Part shown: piece after piece, positions 54,341 through 63,240 of the stretch
Layout of the letters: each line of letters begins with the position of its first letter
Position numbering within the stretch: the first letter of the stretch is position 1
Assembly (NCBI GenBank): GCA_035344155.1
Contig: DAORAL010000012.1
Span: forward strand, 19,470 to 83,469
Length of the DNA stretch: 64,000 nucleotides
Origin: Phycisphaerae bacterium
Lineage (GTDB): Bacteria; Planctomycetota; Phycisphaerae; UBA1845
Direction of reading: 5' to 3'
Notes under the pieces: generated by a model
Seen by the model: the letters and a program-made list of their open reading frames with translations, nothing else
Database searches by the model: none
What the model was told of the DNA's origin: nothing
Made by a program: the position numbers and the translations under genes

Positions 54341-54874
54341 TTACGGCGCAGGTGGCGGACCTGCAGGTGCGCTGGCCGTTGATGCGCCGGATTGTGCAGC
54401 CGTGTTCGCCGGCGCCGACTGTTTGATGAAGATGGCGTCGTCAGCGCGGATGCCGATGCTTCGTGCCATGCCCGCTTCGACGCGAATGTTTGCGGTGTCG
54501 AAACCGGCAGCGTTGAGGAATTCACGAACCGAGTTGAGGCGTCCGGTGATCAGGAACTCATCGGTCGAATCGGTTTCGTAACGAATGATTCCACCGGAGA
54601 TGCTGAGCAGTTCGCCCATGCGCATGAGTGTGCGAATGCCGAGCCCGGAAAGCTCCGCCGTGTGCGGCTCAAAGTGAATGTCCGCCACCGCCGAGTCATG
54701 CAACATGGCGTTGTCATTCATGTAGATGAAATTCTTACCCATGGCGTGTGGACGATCCGAGTCGCCTTGTGGTGGCGCGTTCAGACGTTCATGGCGCTTG
54801 TCGCAACCGGCAATCGCAAACGCAACGCCCAAAGCGGACATACAAATCACACCGCGATAAGCACGATTCAACAT
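54341..54874 (-). CDS. Lipoprotein with a possible degenerate OmpA/MotB-like domain
   Basis: ATG 54874 follows a perfect AAGGAG RBS, and there is a lipobox AFAIAGC. IHFEPHTAELSGLGIRTLMRMGELL...IIRYETDSTDEFLITGRLNSVREFLNAAGFDTANIRVEAG loosely follows the OmpA_C pattern but lacks the GHTD/N..LS..RA residues. Confidence 0.55.
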   Translation of the reverse strand: MLNRAYRGVICMSALGVAFAIAGCDKRHERLNAPPQGDSDRPHAMGKNFIYMNDNAMLHDSAVADIHFEPHTAELSGLGIRTLMRMGELLSISGGIIRYETDSTDEFLITGRLNSVREFLNAAGFDTANIRVEAGMARSIGIRADDAIFIKQSAPANTAAQSGASTASAPAGPPPAP

Positions 54875-55329
54875 GGTCAAACTCCTTTTCAAACGCGACC
54901 GCACAACCTGCCCCGAGTTGGTTTACGGCGGTTGAGTGTCAAATGATTGAGGGCCTGTGGGCTGGGTACATCGACATTTAACTTCGTATATGCGCCAGCC
55001 GGATGCACGGGCGTCCTTCATTCAAATTTCCTTCCTGTTTATCGGTCACGACTTGAGCCGTCTTCCGAAGTTTGCAAATCAACTTCCCATTCGAAAATTT
55101 CATGCCCCCTTATTGGGGCTTCCGCACGTGGGTATCCACCGCATTTGTGGGGTGGTTGCTGAGATGATTGCTGAGGAATCTCGCTCGACAGTGCTGAAAA
55201 CGGCATTGGCGATTGCGGGCGAAAACTTGACGGAATGGGGTCGATTCGCGATGATCCGCGCCCCAAAAGAAGGCACGTCGCCTTCAATGCAAGTACCAAG
55301 AATTAAAGAGAAATTGGAGGTCTCCAACA

Positions 55330-55845
55330 ATGGCAGAGCGAGCAGGTGCAGTAACTTTCAAAGGCGGTCCAATGACGTTGGTTGGAGACGAAGTTAAAGT
55401 TGGCGACAAAGCCCCCGCATTCAAGGTGACCGGTCAGGACATGAGCGACATCACCAATGCCGACTATGCCGGCAAGGTGCTCGTCCTTTCCGTCGTGCCC
55501 AGTCTCGACACACCCGTTTGCGCCACGCAGACCAGAAAGTTCAACGAAAAGGCGGCTGATCTTTCCGGTGACGTTGGCATTCTCACCGTCAGCCTCGACC
55601 TGCCGATGGCCGCCAAGCGTTTCTGCGGCGCCGAAGGCATCGAAGCCGTCAAGACCGGCAGCGATTTCAAGTACCTCGGATTCGGCGAAGGTTATGGCGT
55701 GAAGATCAAGGAACTCGGTCTGCTTTGTCGTGCGGTATTCGTCGTTGGAAAAGATGGCAAGGTTGTTCACGCCCAGTACGTCGGTGAAGTCGCGGAAGAA
55801 CCGAACTACGACGCAGTGATGCAAGCCGTCAAGTCAGCGCTGTAG
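55330..55845 (+). CDS. tpx: Thiol peroxidase (atypical 2-Cys peroxiredoxin)
   Basis: GKVLVLSVVPSLDTPVCATQTRKFNEKA is the Tpx active-site motif. 171 aa with a GGAGG RBS. Confidence 0.92.
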   Translation: MAERAGAVTFKGGPMTLVGDEVKVGDKAPAFKVTGQDMSDITNADYAGKVLVLSVVPSLDTPVCATQTRKFNEKAADLSGDVGILTVSLDLPMAAKRFCGAEGIEAVKTGSDFKYLGFGEGYGVKIKELGLLCRAVFVVGKDGKVVHAQYVGEVAEEPNYDAVMQAVKSAL

Positions 55846-55866
55846 GGTGGGCCGTGCCCACCCTAC
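55842..55866. repeat. Solo hairpin unit of the GGGTGGGCC repeat family (likely terminator)
   Basis: gtagggtgggc-cgt-gcccaccctac, a perfect 11-bp stem. It contains the tpx TAG stop and lies between convergent genes. Confidence 0.8.
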
Positions 55867-55876
55867 GAGTTAGCAG

Positions 55877-57961
55877 TCACTCGCCGTGATTTGACAGCCA
55901 CGTCAGCGCCGGGCCGTTATCCGGATCAATCTCAAGCAGCCGTCTGAAATAGGCGGCTGCTTCTTTGCGCCGACCCTGCGCCTCTCTGATTGTCCCCAGG
56001 CGATCCAGCGCATTGATAACGCCCATGCCATTGGGATCCAAGTTGGTCTCAAGCTTGAGGGCGGTTTCGTATTCAATTGATGCGTTGTCCCATTGCCTCA
56101 GCTTCATATACAGCGTGCCCAAGGCGCGGTGATATTTGGGGTGCGCAATCTGGCCCGCCGACTTTCGCTCTTGCACGCACTGGCGAAACGCTGCGAGCGC
56201 CTCGTCGTATTTGCCGGCTTCGACCAACGTGTTGCCCATCGCGAAATACAGATCGGGCAGATGCGGTTGAATGGCGATGGCCTGCTTGTGCAAGTCGATC
56301 AACTTGTCGTAATCGGAGGGCTTGGGGGTGTCGGGCAGCTTTTCTCGCAGCGCCAAAGAAAGGTTGGCGAGCAGTGCTGCATTGTTTGGATCGATTCGGC
56401 GCGCCGCTTCGTAGTGGGTGATCGCAACGTCCACACTACCGCGCTGTTTTTCGAGCAGGCCCAGGTTCATCTGGGCAATGGCGCACTCCGGTTCGACTTC
56501 GACGGAATGTGCCCACAAGGTGTACGAATCCTTCCAATGGGTGCTCTGCTTCCAGGTCAACACAGACAGTCCGCCGACAATGATGATCGCGATCGCACTT
56601 GGCAGCGCAAAATGCTTCACGCCATCAGCGTTTTCAGACTGCTTGCGGACCAGCCACATCCAACCAAACCCGAACGCGATCGCCCACGGAATGCAGCCCA
56701 GGTAGGCGTACTTGTCCGCGACGAGTTGCGGTCCGCTTTGGGCAATACCGAGAATCGGGCTGAGGACGCCCACATAGCATATCGCCATCACCACCAGGCC
56801 TGGGACGCGCTTGCGATAGCGCACCAATGCAATGGCGGCTGCGATTACGACAACAGCCGCGATGACGTATCGCGCGGCGAACGGGTTGTTGGGGGTGGGC
56901 AGGGGGACAAGCGCGGCAAGATTAAATGGCGCGAGCGTCTTGTACGAATACCAGAAGAGTCCATAGAAAAACTGGGCGATTCGATCGTCGATGCCCCATT
57001 CGGCGAGCGATTTCATCGTCCCGCGTTGATTGGCCTGCGCTGCTTTCGCGAATGTCGCGAAGATCATCGCCAATACAAAAAACGGAATCTTCTCGATCAC
57101 GACGCCAAGCATGCGATTAATCGACCAGCCGCTTTTTCCACCAACGCGCTTTAGCGGATAAACGTCCAAGACCAGCATGACAGCCGGCAGGGTGATGCCC
57201 CATGCTTTCGACAGAAGCGACAACCCGAGCAACAAAATCGACGCAACATAAAACGCGATCTTCCGCCCGTCCCAGCGGTGCACCAGCACATAGCGCAGGT
57301 AGCAGTAGAGGCAGGGTATCAAGAACATCGCCGACAACACATCGCGCCGCTCCGTCACCCAGACCGCATTTTCAACACGCAGCGGATGGCAGCCAAAAAA
57401 CAATGCTGCGAAAGCAGCCGCCAAAGGCGTCAAGTAGTCCGCAGCAGCCGGCGGGTCATGAATCGTGATGCGCAGAATCAATCGCACCAGAAAATAGAAT
57501 GCAACGACGGTCAGAACGTGGTAAATCAGATTGGTCAAGTGGACGATCTTGGGATCAAGGCCGGCAACATAACGATCTTTGGCCTTTTGATTCAAATTTT
57601 CAAAACGCGAATGGCTGATCGCGTGGTCAATGGCGTACGACATCCAGGTCAGCGGATGGTAGTGACCCATCTTGTCCTTGGTGAACATCCAGTTGACGTG
57701 CTCCGATGTCAACCCACGGATTTGTGGGTTGTTGGTGATGACTTTGTCATCGTCCCAATTGGTGAATCCCGCGTCGAGAGCGGGCAGGAATGTCACGAAC
57801 GTACAAACGGCAAGCAAGATCGGAATCGCAACGTGAACCCAAACAGGAGCGCTGGTCGACTTGTCCCAGTGCGACAGGCTTGGGGCGACTCCTTGCGAAT
57901 CACCTGATCGGCGCGGTTCTTGCCGGTTGCGGTTTTTGCTTTTGGACGCTTTCTTGGCCAT
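55877..57961 (-). CDS. TMTC-like membrane protein: polytopic GT-C-like N-domain fused to C-terminal TPR repeats
   Basis: The first loop FTNWDDDKVITNNPQIRGLT is followed by more than 10 TM segments. C-terminal TPRs read AQMNLGLLEKQRGSVDVAITHYEAARRIDPNN..., YFAMGNTLVEAGKYDEALAAFRQCV.... ATG 57961 gives a basic N-terminus, MAKKASKSKNRNRQ. Confidence 0.75.
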   Translation of the reverse strand: MAKKASKSKNRNRQEPRRSGDSQGVAPSLSHWDKSTSAPVWVHVAIPILLAVCTFVTFLPALDAGFTNWDDDKVITNNPQIRGLTSEHVNWMFTKDKMGHYHPLTWMSYAIDHAISHSRFENLNQKAKDRYVAGLDPKIVHLTNLIYHVLTVVAFYFLVRLILRITIHDPPAAADYLTPLAAAFAALFFGCHPLRVENAVWVTERRDVLSAMFLIPCLYCYLRYVLVHRWDGRKIAFYVASILLLGLSLLSKAWGITLPAVMLVLDVYPLKRVGGKSGWSINRMLGVVIEKIPFFVLAMIFATFAKAAQANQRGTMKSLAEWGIDDRIAQFFYGLFWYSYKTLAPFNLAALVPLPTPNNPFAARYVIAAVVVIAAAIALVRYRKRVPGLVVMAICYVGVLSPILGIAQSGPQLVADKYAYLGCIPWAIAFGFGWMWLVRKQSENADGVKHFALPSAIAIIIVGGLSVLTWKQSTHWKDSYTLWAHSVEVEPECAIAQMNLGLLEKQRGSVDVAITHYEAARRIDPNNAALLANLSLALREKLPDTPKPSDYDKLIDLHKQAIAIQPHLPDLYFAMGNTLVEAGKYDEALAAFRQCVQERKSAGQIAHPKYHRALGTLYMKLRQWDNASIEYETALKLETNLDPNGMGVINALDRLGTIREAQGRRKEAAAYFRRLLEIDPDNGPALTWLSNHGE

Positions 57962-58193
57962 AGTCCTGCAACGGTTGTCTTGCCTGTGAACACTTGAAGC
58001 GGACAAGTTAGCGAGGCGCGTCGGGCTCGTCCAATTCAATTGTCGGTTTCAGGTCAATTGTCGGTTTCAGGTCAATCGTCGAAATCGGTCGGCTTGATTG
58101 GCTGCAAACTTGTGTGACTGCGGTCGATCCCTACACTGTCCGGCAAATCGGCAGTGATTGCGTGACTCAAGTTATCGCAACGGAACAAGACGC

Positions 58194-60914
58194 ATGCATC
58201 GGATGGTTTCAAACATACTCGGGCTTTCTCCAGAGGATTCGAAGCGAACGCCGACGGAGTGGATTCGTGCGCTGCTGCCCTTGATGGCGCCGCTCGCAAT
58301 CTGTGCGTCCGGTGTACGCGTTGAATTGATCTGGGTTGCGTTGGCTTGGATCGTGCTGCTGGTTCCGGGCTTGCTCGCGGTCAATCTGTTCTTTCCCGCG
58401 CCACATCCCTTTTCCGGAATCGCCGCCCGTTTCGGCGTAGCCACGCTCCTCGCGATGGTGCCGGCTGCCTGCGTTGGTTGGATGGGCTGCATGCTGCACT
58501 GGACGCTTTCCACGTACATGTGGACGTTTGGTTTGGTTTACGTCGGGCTCATCGCCGCGATCGCGCATTTCCTGGCGCACAAGAAAGAATCCGAGTCGCC
58601 TGACGCACCGCGCTGGCCAAGTTTTGATCTCGGGTTGAACGCGTCGAAGATCATCGCGGCGATCGTGTTGATTTGTCTCGGTGTCGTGATCGTCGGTGTG
58701 GTGATGGCCTCACCGCCTTCCGAAGAGTTTCAATTCAAGATCCGCTATGACCAATACAGCCGACCCGGCTGGTGGCATGGCGTTGTTGTGGGCGCGGTCG
58801 GTTCGATTCTGGGCGGATTGACCCTGCTTGTCGCCGGGTTGCGAAATAGGGCCGCCAAAATCGACGAGTCGGCTGACGAACACGGCGCAACGGCTGAAGA
58901 CAGCGGGCAAACCCGCAATCGCGGTAAGGGGGCCAAGTCGCGCAAGTCTTCGGAAAGCGCCCAAGCGCCGATTGCACTGTTGGGCAATTGGCTTTCGCTA
59001 CTCATCTGGATAGCGGCAGCTTGTTTGACGGTGCATCTGATGCGCGTCGTATATTCGGAGTCCGTGCCCGTCCCTTCAAAAAAGGCGTCGACGCTGCTTT
59101 GGAACGTGGACGACGTCGCCTATGTCTGCGAGGCGACGGACTATCTGTATGGCGCAGAGATGGGCAGGTTCGAACCATCGATCGGCAGCAACGTGCCGAT
59201 GAGCAGGGCGTCGATGTCGCCCATGATGGCGCCGCTGGTTGCGATGATCGCGAAATTCACCGGCATCACGCCACCCGCGCTGCATCACAGCGTCATGCCC
59301 CCGCTGATGATTCTGATCGGGGCGAGTTGTCTGGTCGCCGTCCTCTCCGTGATTTTTCGAAACGATCGATGGCTCGTGCCGCTCGGTTTGTTTGTCGCGT
59401 TGCTGCTTATCTACAAAACCTGGGATCATGCCCGTTGCGAAGTCGAGATGATCGCGTTTCGGGCGATGCAGTCCAAGGGGGTTCACCTGATCTGGGTGCA
59501 GCCCATGCAACTCGCGGCGCTGTTGCTGTTGGCCACCCGTCCGGGCAAGTTGCACCTTGCGTTTGCGTTCTGCACGGGCATCGTCGCCCATACGGTGCAC
59601 CCATTTGGAACGATCAACGCGATGGTCTGGTCCACGGCCATGGTTGTCGGTGCGATTCTGTTTGATCGAAAAGCCGTCCTGTATCTTCTGGCGATGCTGG
59701 TTTTCTCGTGCGGGCTGGCGGGCTTGTATTATACGGTGTCCAAGCAACCCAAGGACGGTCCAAAACTTTCGAGCGGTCGCGAAAAGGGCTCGCGGATTCA
59801 ATCGCGTGATGTCATCCGCATCGATGAAGAACTCTTTACGATTTATGGCGACCTGGAGCAGCAGCTTCAGCAAAGCACCCTAACCGATGAAGTTCGCGGC
59901 GCACTTTGGGCCAACAATGTGGGGCTTCCGCAGGATGTCATTCTCGAACCGGAAGCCGACGGCGTGTGGGCAATCATGTATGGCAAGCGCCCCCTGTACC
60001 GCATCAAGAAGATTGAGACGAAGCTCGTGGTCTACGAATGCGAGGGCACACCGATCCCGCAGTTGGATCCGTTCTGGTCCTTCGGTTTGACGACGCTTTA
60101 CACGATCGGGGCGCTGGCAGTCCCGCTGCTTCTGGGTTTTGGGTTCCGTCGCCGCGAAGTGTTTTACGTTGGTTGGCTGGGGGCGGCGGCGCTGCTTGCG
60201 TGCAACGTTGAACCGTTGGGGCATGTCCTCAACAAGGCGCTGCCGATGTCCATTTTCTGGCGCGGGCGTTGGATGCTGCCGCAACTCGTCAGTGGGGCGG
60301 TGCTGGCGACGATGATCTATTGGAGTGTCTGCGTGCTCATTCGTGGACGCCTTGAAAAGATGACACCGCTGATTTCGCTGGTGGCTTCGATCGTCACGCT
60401 CGCAGGTGTTGGCGGCATGCTGCTCAAAACATCGAGCATGCCCCTTCAGGTGGGCGACGCCCCAAAGAACCTGACCAAATTCTCGGATGACCTACACGGT
60501 CTCGTCGACTTACTCGGCTGTGTCGAAGCGAATCCATTTGTGTTCGGACCGTTTCTTGTGCATCACGAACTGCCGCAACTGATGCCGAATATTCAGCTCG
60601 TCTTCTCACGCGACAAGTTCATGCGGGCGGCTGACGCGGAGGATTTCCGAGATGTCGCTCTCGGCGTGTTCAATGCGATGCGCCAAGGCCGACTGGATGT
60701 GACTCTGTTTGATCAGCTGTGCGAGATGTACCCGATTGATCACGTGATTATTGATCGACCTGTGTCATCCGAGTCCGGGCGACGCGTACGCGGACAGATC
60801 GCACAAGTGTTGGCAAGCAAGGGCTGGGTCGATGTCGGTTATTCGGGGCGCTATCAGGTTTGGAGGGCGCCGACTGCAAAGGCAGCGGCAGCGGAAAATC
60901 CTGCAGACGAGTGA
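58194..60914 (+). CDS. Large polytopic membrane protein (about 900 aa), unknown function
   Basis: Many hydrophobic segments, a basic cytoplasmic loop (RNRAAKIDESADEHGATAEDSGQTRNRGKGAKSRKSSES) and a soluble C-terminal ~150 aa. I recognise no catalytic motif. The start is uncertain (58158, 58194 or 58203). Confidence 0.6.
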   Translation: MHRMVSNILGLSPEDSKRTPTEWIRALLPLMAPLAICASGVRVELIWVALAWIVLLVPGLLAVNLFFPAPHPFSGIAARFGVATLLAMVPAACVGWMGCMLHWTLSTYMWTFGLVYVGLIAAIAHFLAHKKESESPDAPRWPSFDLGLNASKIIAAIVLICLGVVIVGVVMASPPSEEFQFKIRYDQYSRPGWWHGVVVGAVGSILGGLTLLVAGLRNRAAKIDESADEHGATAEDSGQTRNRGKGAKSRKSSESAQAPIALLGNWLSLLIWIAAACLTVHLMRVVYSESVPVPSKKASTLLWNVDDVAYVCEATDYLYGAEMGRFEPSIGSNVPMSRASMSPMMAPLVAMIAKFTGITPPALHHSVMPPLMILIGASCLVAVLSVIFRNDRWLVPLGLFVALLLIYKTWDHARCEVEMIAFRAMQSKGVHLIWVQPMQLAALLLLATRPGKLHLAFAFCTGIVAHTVHPFGTINAMVWSTAMVVGAILFDRKAVLYLLAMLVFSCGLAGLYYTVSKQPKDGPKLSSGREKGSRIQSRDVIRIDEELFTIYGDLEQQLQQSTLTDEVRGALWANNVGLPQDVILEPEADGVWAIMYGKRPLYRIKKIETKLVVYECEGTPIPQLDPFWSFGLTTLYTIGALAVPLLLGFGFRRREVFYVGWLGAAALLACNVEPLGHVLNKALPMSIFWRGRWMLPQLVSGAVLATMIYWSVCVLIRGRLEKMTPLISLVASIVTLAGVGGMLLKTSSMPLQVGDAPKNLTKFSDDLHGLVDLLGCVEANPFVFGPFLVHHELPQLMPNIQLVFSRDKFMRAADAEDFRDVALGVFNAMRQGRLDVTLFDQLCEMYPIDHVIIDRPVSSESGRRVRGQIAQVLASKGWVDVGYSGRYQVWRAPTAKAAAAENPADE

Positions 60915-60962
60915 TCGGCGCCGATCTTCGATGCGTAGACCAACCACCATTCGCGAGACGAC

Positions 60963-62996
60963 ATGGCCAGGAAATCGCGATCCAAAAAAGCAAATACCGA
61001 GCAACCCAGTTCAAAGTCGGCGGGCGCTTCTGCAAAGGGAGCGATCCTCGCGGTCGTGGGGCTATGCATCGTTCATTACGTGCTGGCCGTCACCAGCGTC
61101 CTGAACAAGTCCAACACCTACGACGAAATCGCGCACCTGACGCGGGGATATAGTTATTTACTTACCGGCGACTTTCGATTGGAACCGCCGCATCCGCCAC
61201 TTGCACACGTGTGGGCGGCGATCCCCGGGCTTGGCAATGACGTGAAGTTCCCCCAAAGCTGGATGCAGCACGCATCGTGGTACACCTCCGACGTGTGGCA
61301 GGTCGGCCGTGCATTCTTCTATTACGCCAAGAGCGGGAACGATGCGATCATTGACAGTTTATTGTGGCGTGGGCGCGCGATGATCGCGCTGTTGAGTGTT
61401 GCGCTGGGACTGCTCGTTTACTCCGCATCATCAAAGCTGTTCGGACAGGTGGGCGGACTAATCTCGCTGACGCTCTATGCGTTCAGCCCGACGATGCTCG
61501 CCCATGGTCGATTGGTCACGACCGATTGCATCGCGGCGCTGTTTTTTGCGGCATGCCTGCTGTCGATTTGGTGGATGCTGCACCGTGTCACGATCGCAAG
61601 TGTGCTGGTAAGTGCGCTGTGCCTGGCCGGTTTGTTTCTGTCAAAAATGTCCGCGGTCCTGATCATCCCGGTGGGGCTGGTGATGTTGACCGTGCGATTG
61701 ATTTCGCGACAACCGCTTGAAATCAAACTCGGGAACGTCAGGCGACAATTCTCTGGAGTCGCAGGGCAACTCGGTTGCTTTGGGGCGGTGCTTGTCGTGT
61801 GGGTTCTCGTGGTGTGGGCGTGCATCTGGGCGGCATACGGATTTCGCTATGACTCGATGCGTGGCGCAGAAGCAGGGCGCGATCGATATTTTTGTCCGAA
61901 TGCGATCCCCGAGGGGCAGGATGTCTGGCAGTGGCAACTGCGAAGCCTCGATCACCTCGAACCAACTGTGACATTCCTACGCGAGCATCGGCTGTTCCCG
62001 GAGGCATACATCTACAGCGCCGTCATGTCGGCACAGACGGCTCGCGGGCGCATGGCGTTCATGAATGGAAGCATCGACCTGTTCGGACACCGCTGGTTTT
62101 TCCCGTGGGCATTTCTGATCAAGACGCCGCTGCCGCTATTCGCATTGCTGCTCGTGCTGCTGTTGTATGCGATCTTCAGCAAGGGCGGAGCCGATGAACG
62201 CCCGGGCTGGAAGAGCTGGCTGTATCGAACGACGCCGCTGTGGGCATTTTTTGCGATCTACTGGATTGCCTCAATGCGGACGCACCTGAACATCGGTCAT
62301 CGTCACATTCTGCCGATCTACCCGATTCTGTTCGTTGTCTGCGGCGCGGCAGCGTTTGTGATTCGCAGTCACATGCGCAGCGTGCGCGTGGGCGTGTATG
62401 CGTTGGTCGGATTATTCATCGCCTGCTCGCTGTGGACGTTTCCCAACTACCTGACCTATTTCAATTCGATCGTCGGCGGTCCGCAAAACGGTTACAAGTA
62501 CCTCGTGGACAGCTCGCTGGATTGGGGGCAGGATCTGCCCGGAGTCAAGCACTTCATCGATCACCGGAAGAATTCGCAGAATACCGCGCCCGTCTATCTG
62601 TCGTATTTCGGCAGCGGTGGGAGCAAGGCGATCGACCACTTCAAGATCGATGCGATCCAACTTCCCGAGGCGATGACAGATAAGTCGCAGCGCATCGAGA
62701 GCTACGGTCCGGGGACGTACCTGATCAGTGCCACCACGTTGCAGCAGGTCTACCAAACGTATCGCGGCGAAAGTCTCCACGATTGGACAGCGGAATTGGA
62801 GCAGCGCTACCAATCGCAAACGTCGGACAGCTCCGATCCCGGTAGCGCCAACGGGACCTACCGCTCACTGGCATTTGCGCGATTCTGCAGCTATCTCCGC
62901 ACGCGTGAGCCCGACGCCTGGATCAACAATTCGGTCCTGGTCTATGAGATTCCCGAGGCGGTCACGTGGGCCCCATTCGGTGATGAGCGTGATTGA
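60963..62996 (+). CDS. GT-C fold membrane glycosyltransferase (family 39 / PMT_2-like)
   Basis: The first periplasmic loop NTYDEIAHLTRGYSYLLTGDFRLEPPHPPLAHVWAAIPG (DE motif, PPL) is followed by multiple TM segments and a C-terminal soluble domain. Confidence 0.8.
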   Translation: MARKSRSKKANTEQPSSKSAGASAKGAILAVVGLCIVHYVLAVTSVLNKSNTYDEIAHLTRGYSYLLTGDFRLEPPHPPLAHVWAAIPGLGNDVKFPQSWMQHASWYTSDVWQVGRAFFYYAKSGNDAIIDSLLWRGRAMIALLSVALGLLVYSASSKLFGQVGGLISLTLYAFSPTMLAHGRLVTTDCIAALFFAACLLSIWWMLHRVTIASVLVSALCLAGLFLSKMSAVLIIPVGLVMLTVRLISRQPLEIKLGNVRRQFSGVAGQLGCFGAVLVVWVLVVWACIWAAYGFRYDSMRGAEAGRDRYFCPNAIPEGQDVWQWQLRSLDHLEPTVTFLREHRLFPEAYIYSAVMSAQTARGRMAFMNGSIDLFGHRWFFPWAFLIKTPLPLFALLLVLLLYAIFSKGGADERPGWKSWLYRTTPLWAFFAIYWIASMRTHLNIGHRHILPIYPILFVVCGAAAFVIRSHMRSVRVGVYALVGLFIACSLWTFPNYLTYFNSIVGGPQNGYKYLVDSSLDWGQDLPGVKHFIDHRKNSQNTAPVYLSYFGSGGSKAIDHFKIDAIQLPEAMTDKSQRIESYGPGTYLISATTLQQVYQTYRGESLHDWTAELEQRYQSQTSDSSDPGSANGTYRSLAFARFCSYLRTREPDAWINNSVLVYEIPEAVTWAPFGDERD

Positions 62997-63240
62997 CTCC
63001 CGAAACTTGCAGATGATCACAAGCTGGACTATGCTTCGGTTGTCGCTCTGGTTTCAAAACATGTCTGATGTGTATCCAAGAGCGAGCATTCCCGTACACC
63101 CGATCCGACAAAAGCGCCAAGGTGGTCGTTGTCGACGGCTGACTCCGCCACAATCGGATTGTAACTTCATTATTGGGCTGGCAAGGAAAACTACGCATGG
63201 TCGGAATCGATCAGTTTGTTGTGGTGGGGTGTGACCCACG

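Noticed and set aside
56093-57154. A 353-aa plus-strand ORF antisense to the TMTC-like gene. ORFs at 52222-53127 and 52821-53414 overlap the TPR-lipoprotein tail.
   Set aside because: They are shadow ORFs in GC-rich or low-complexity coding sequence, with no start context or motifs.
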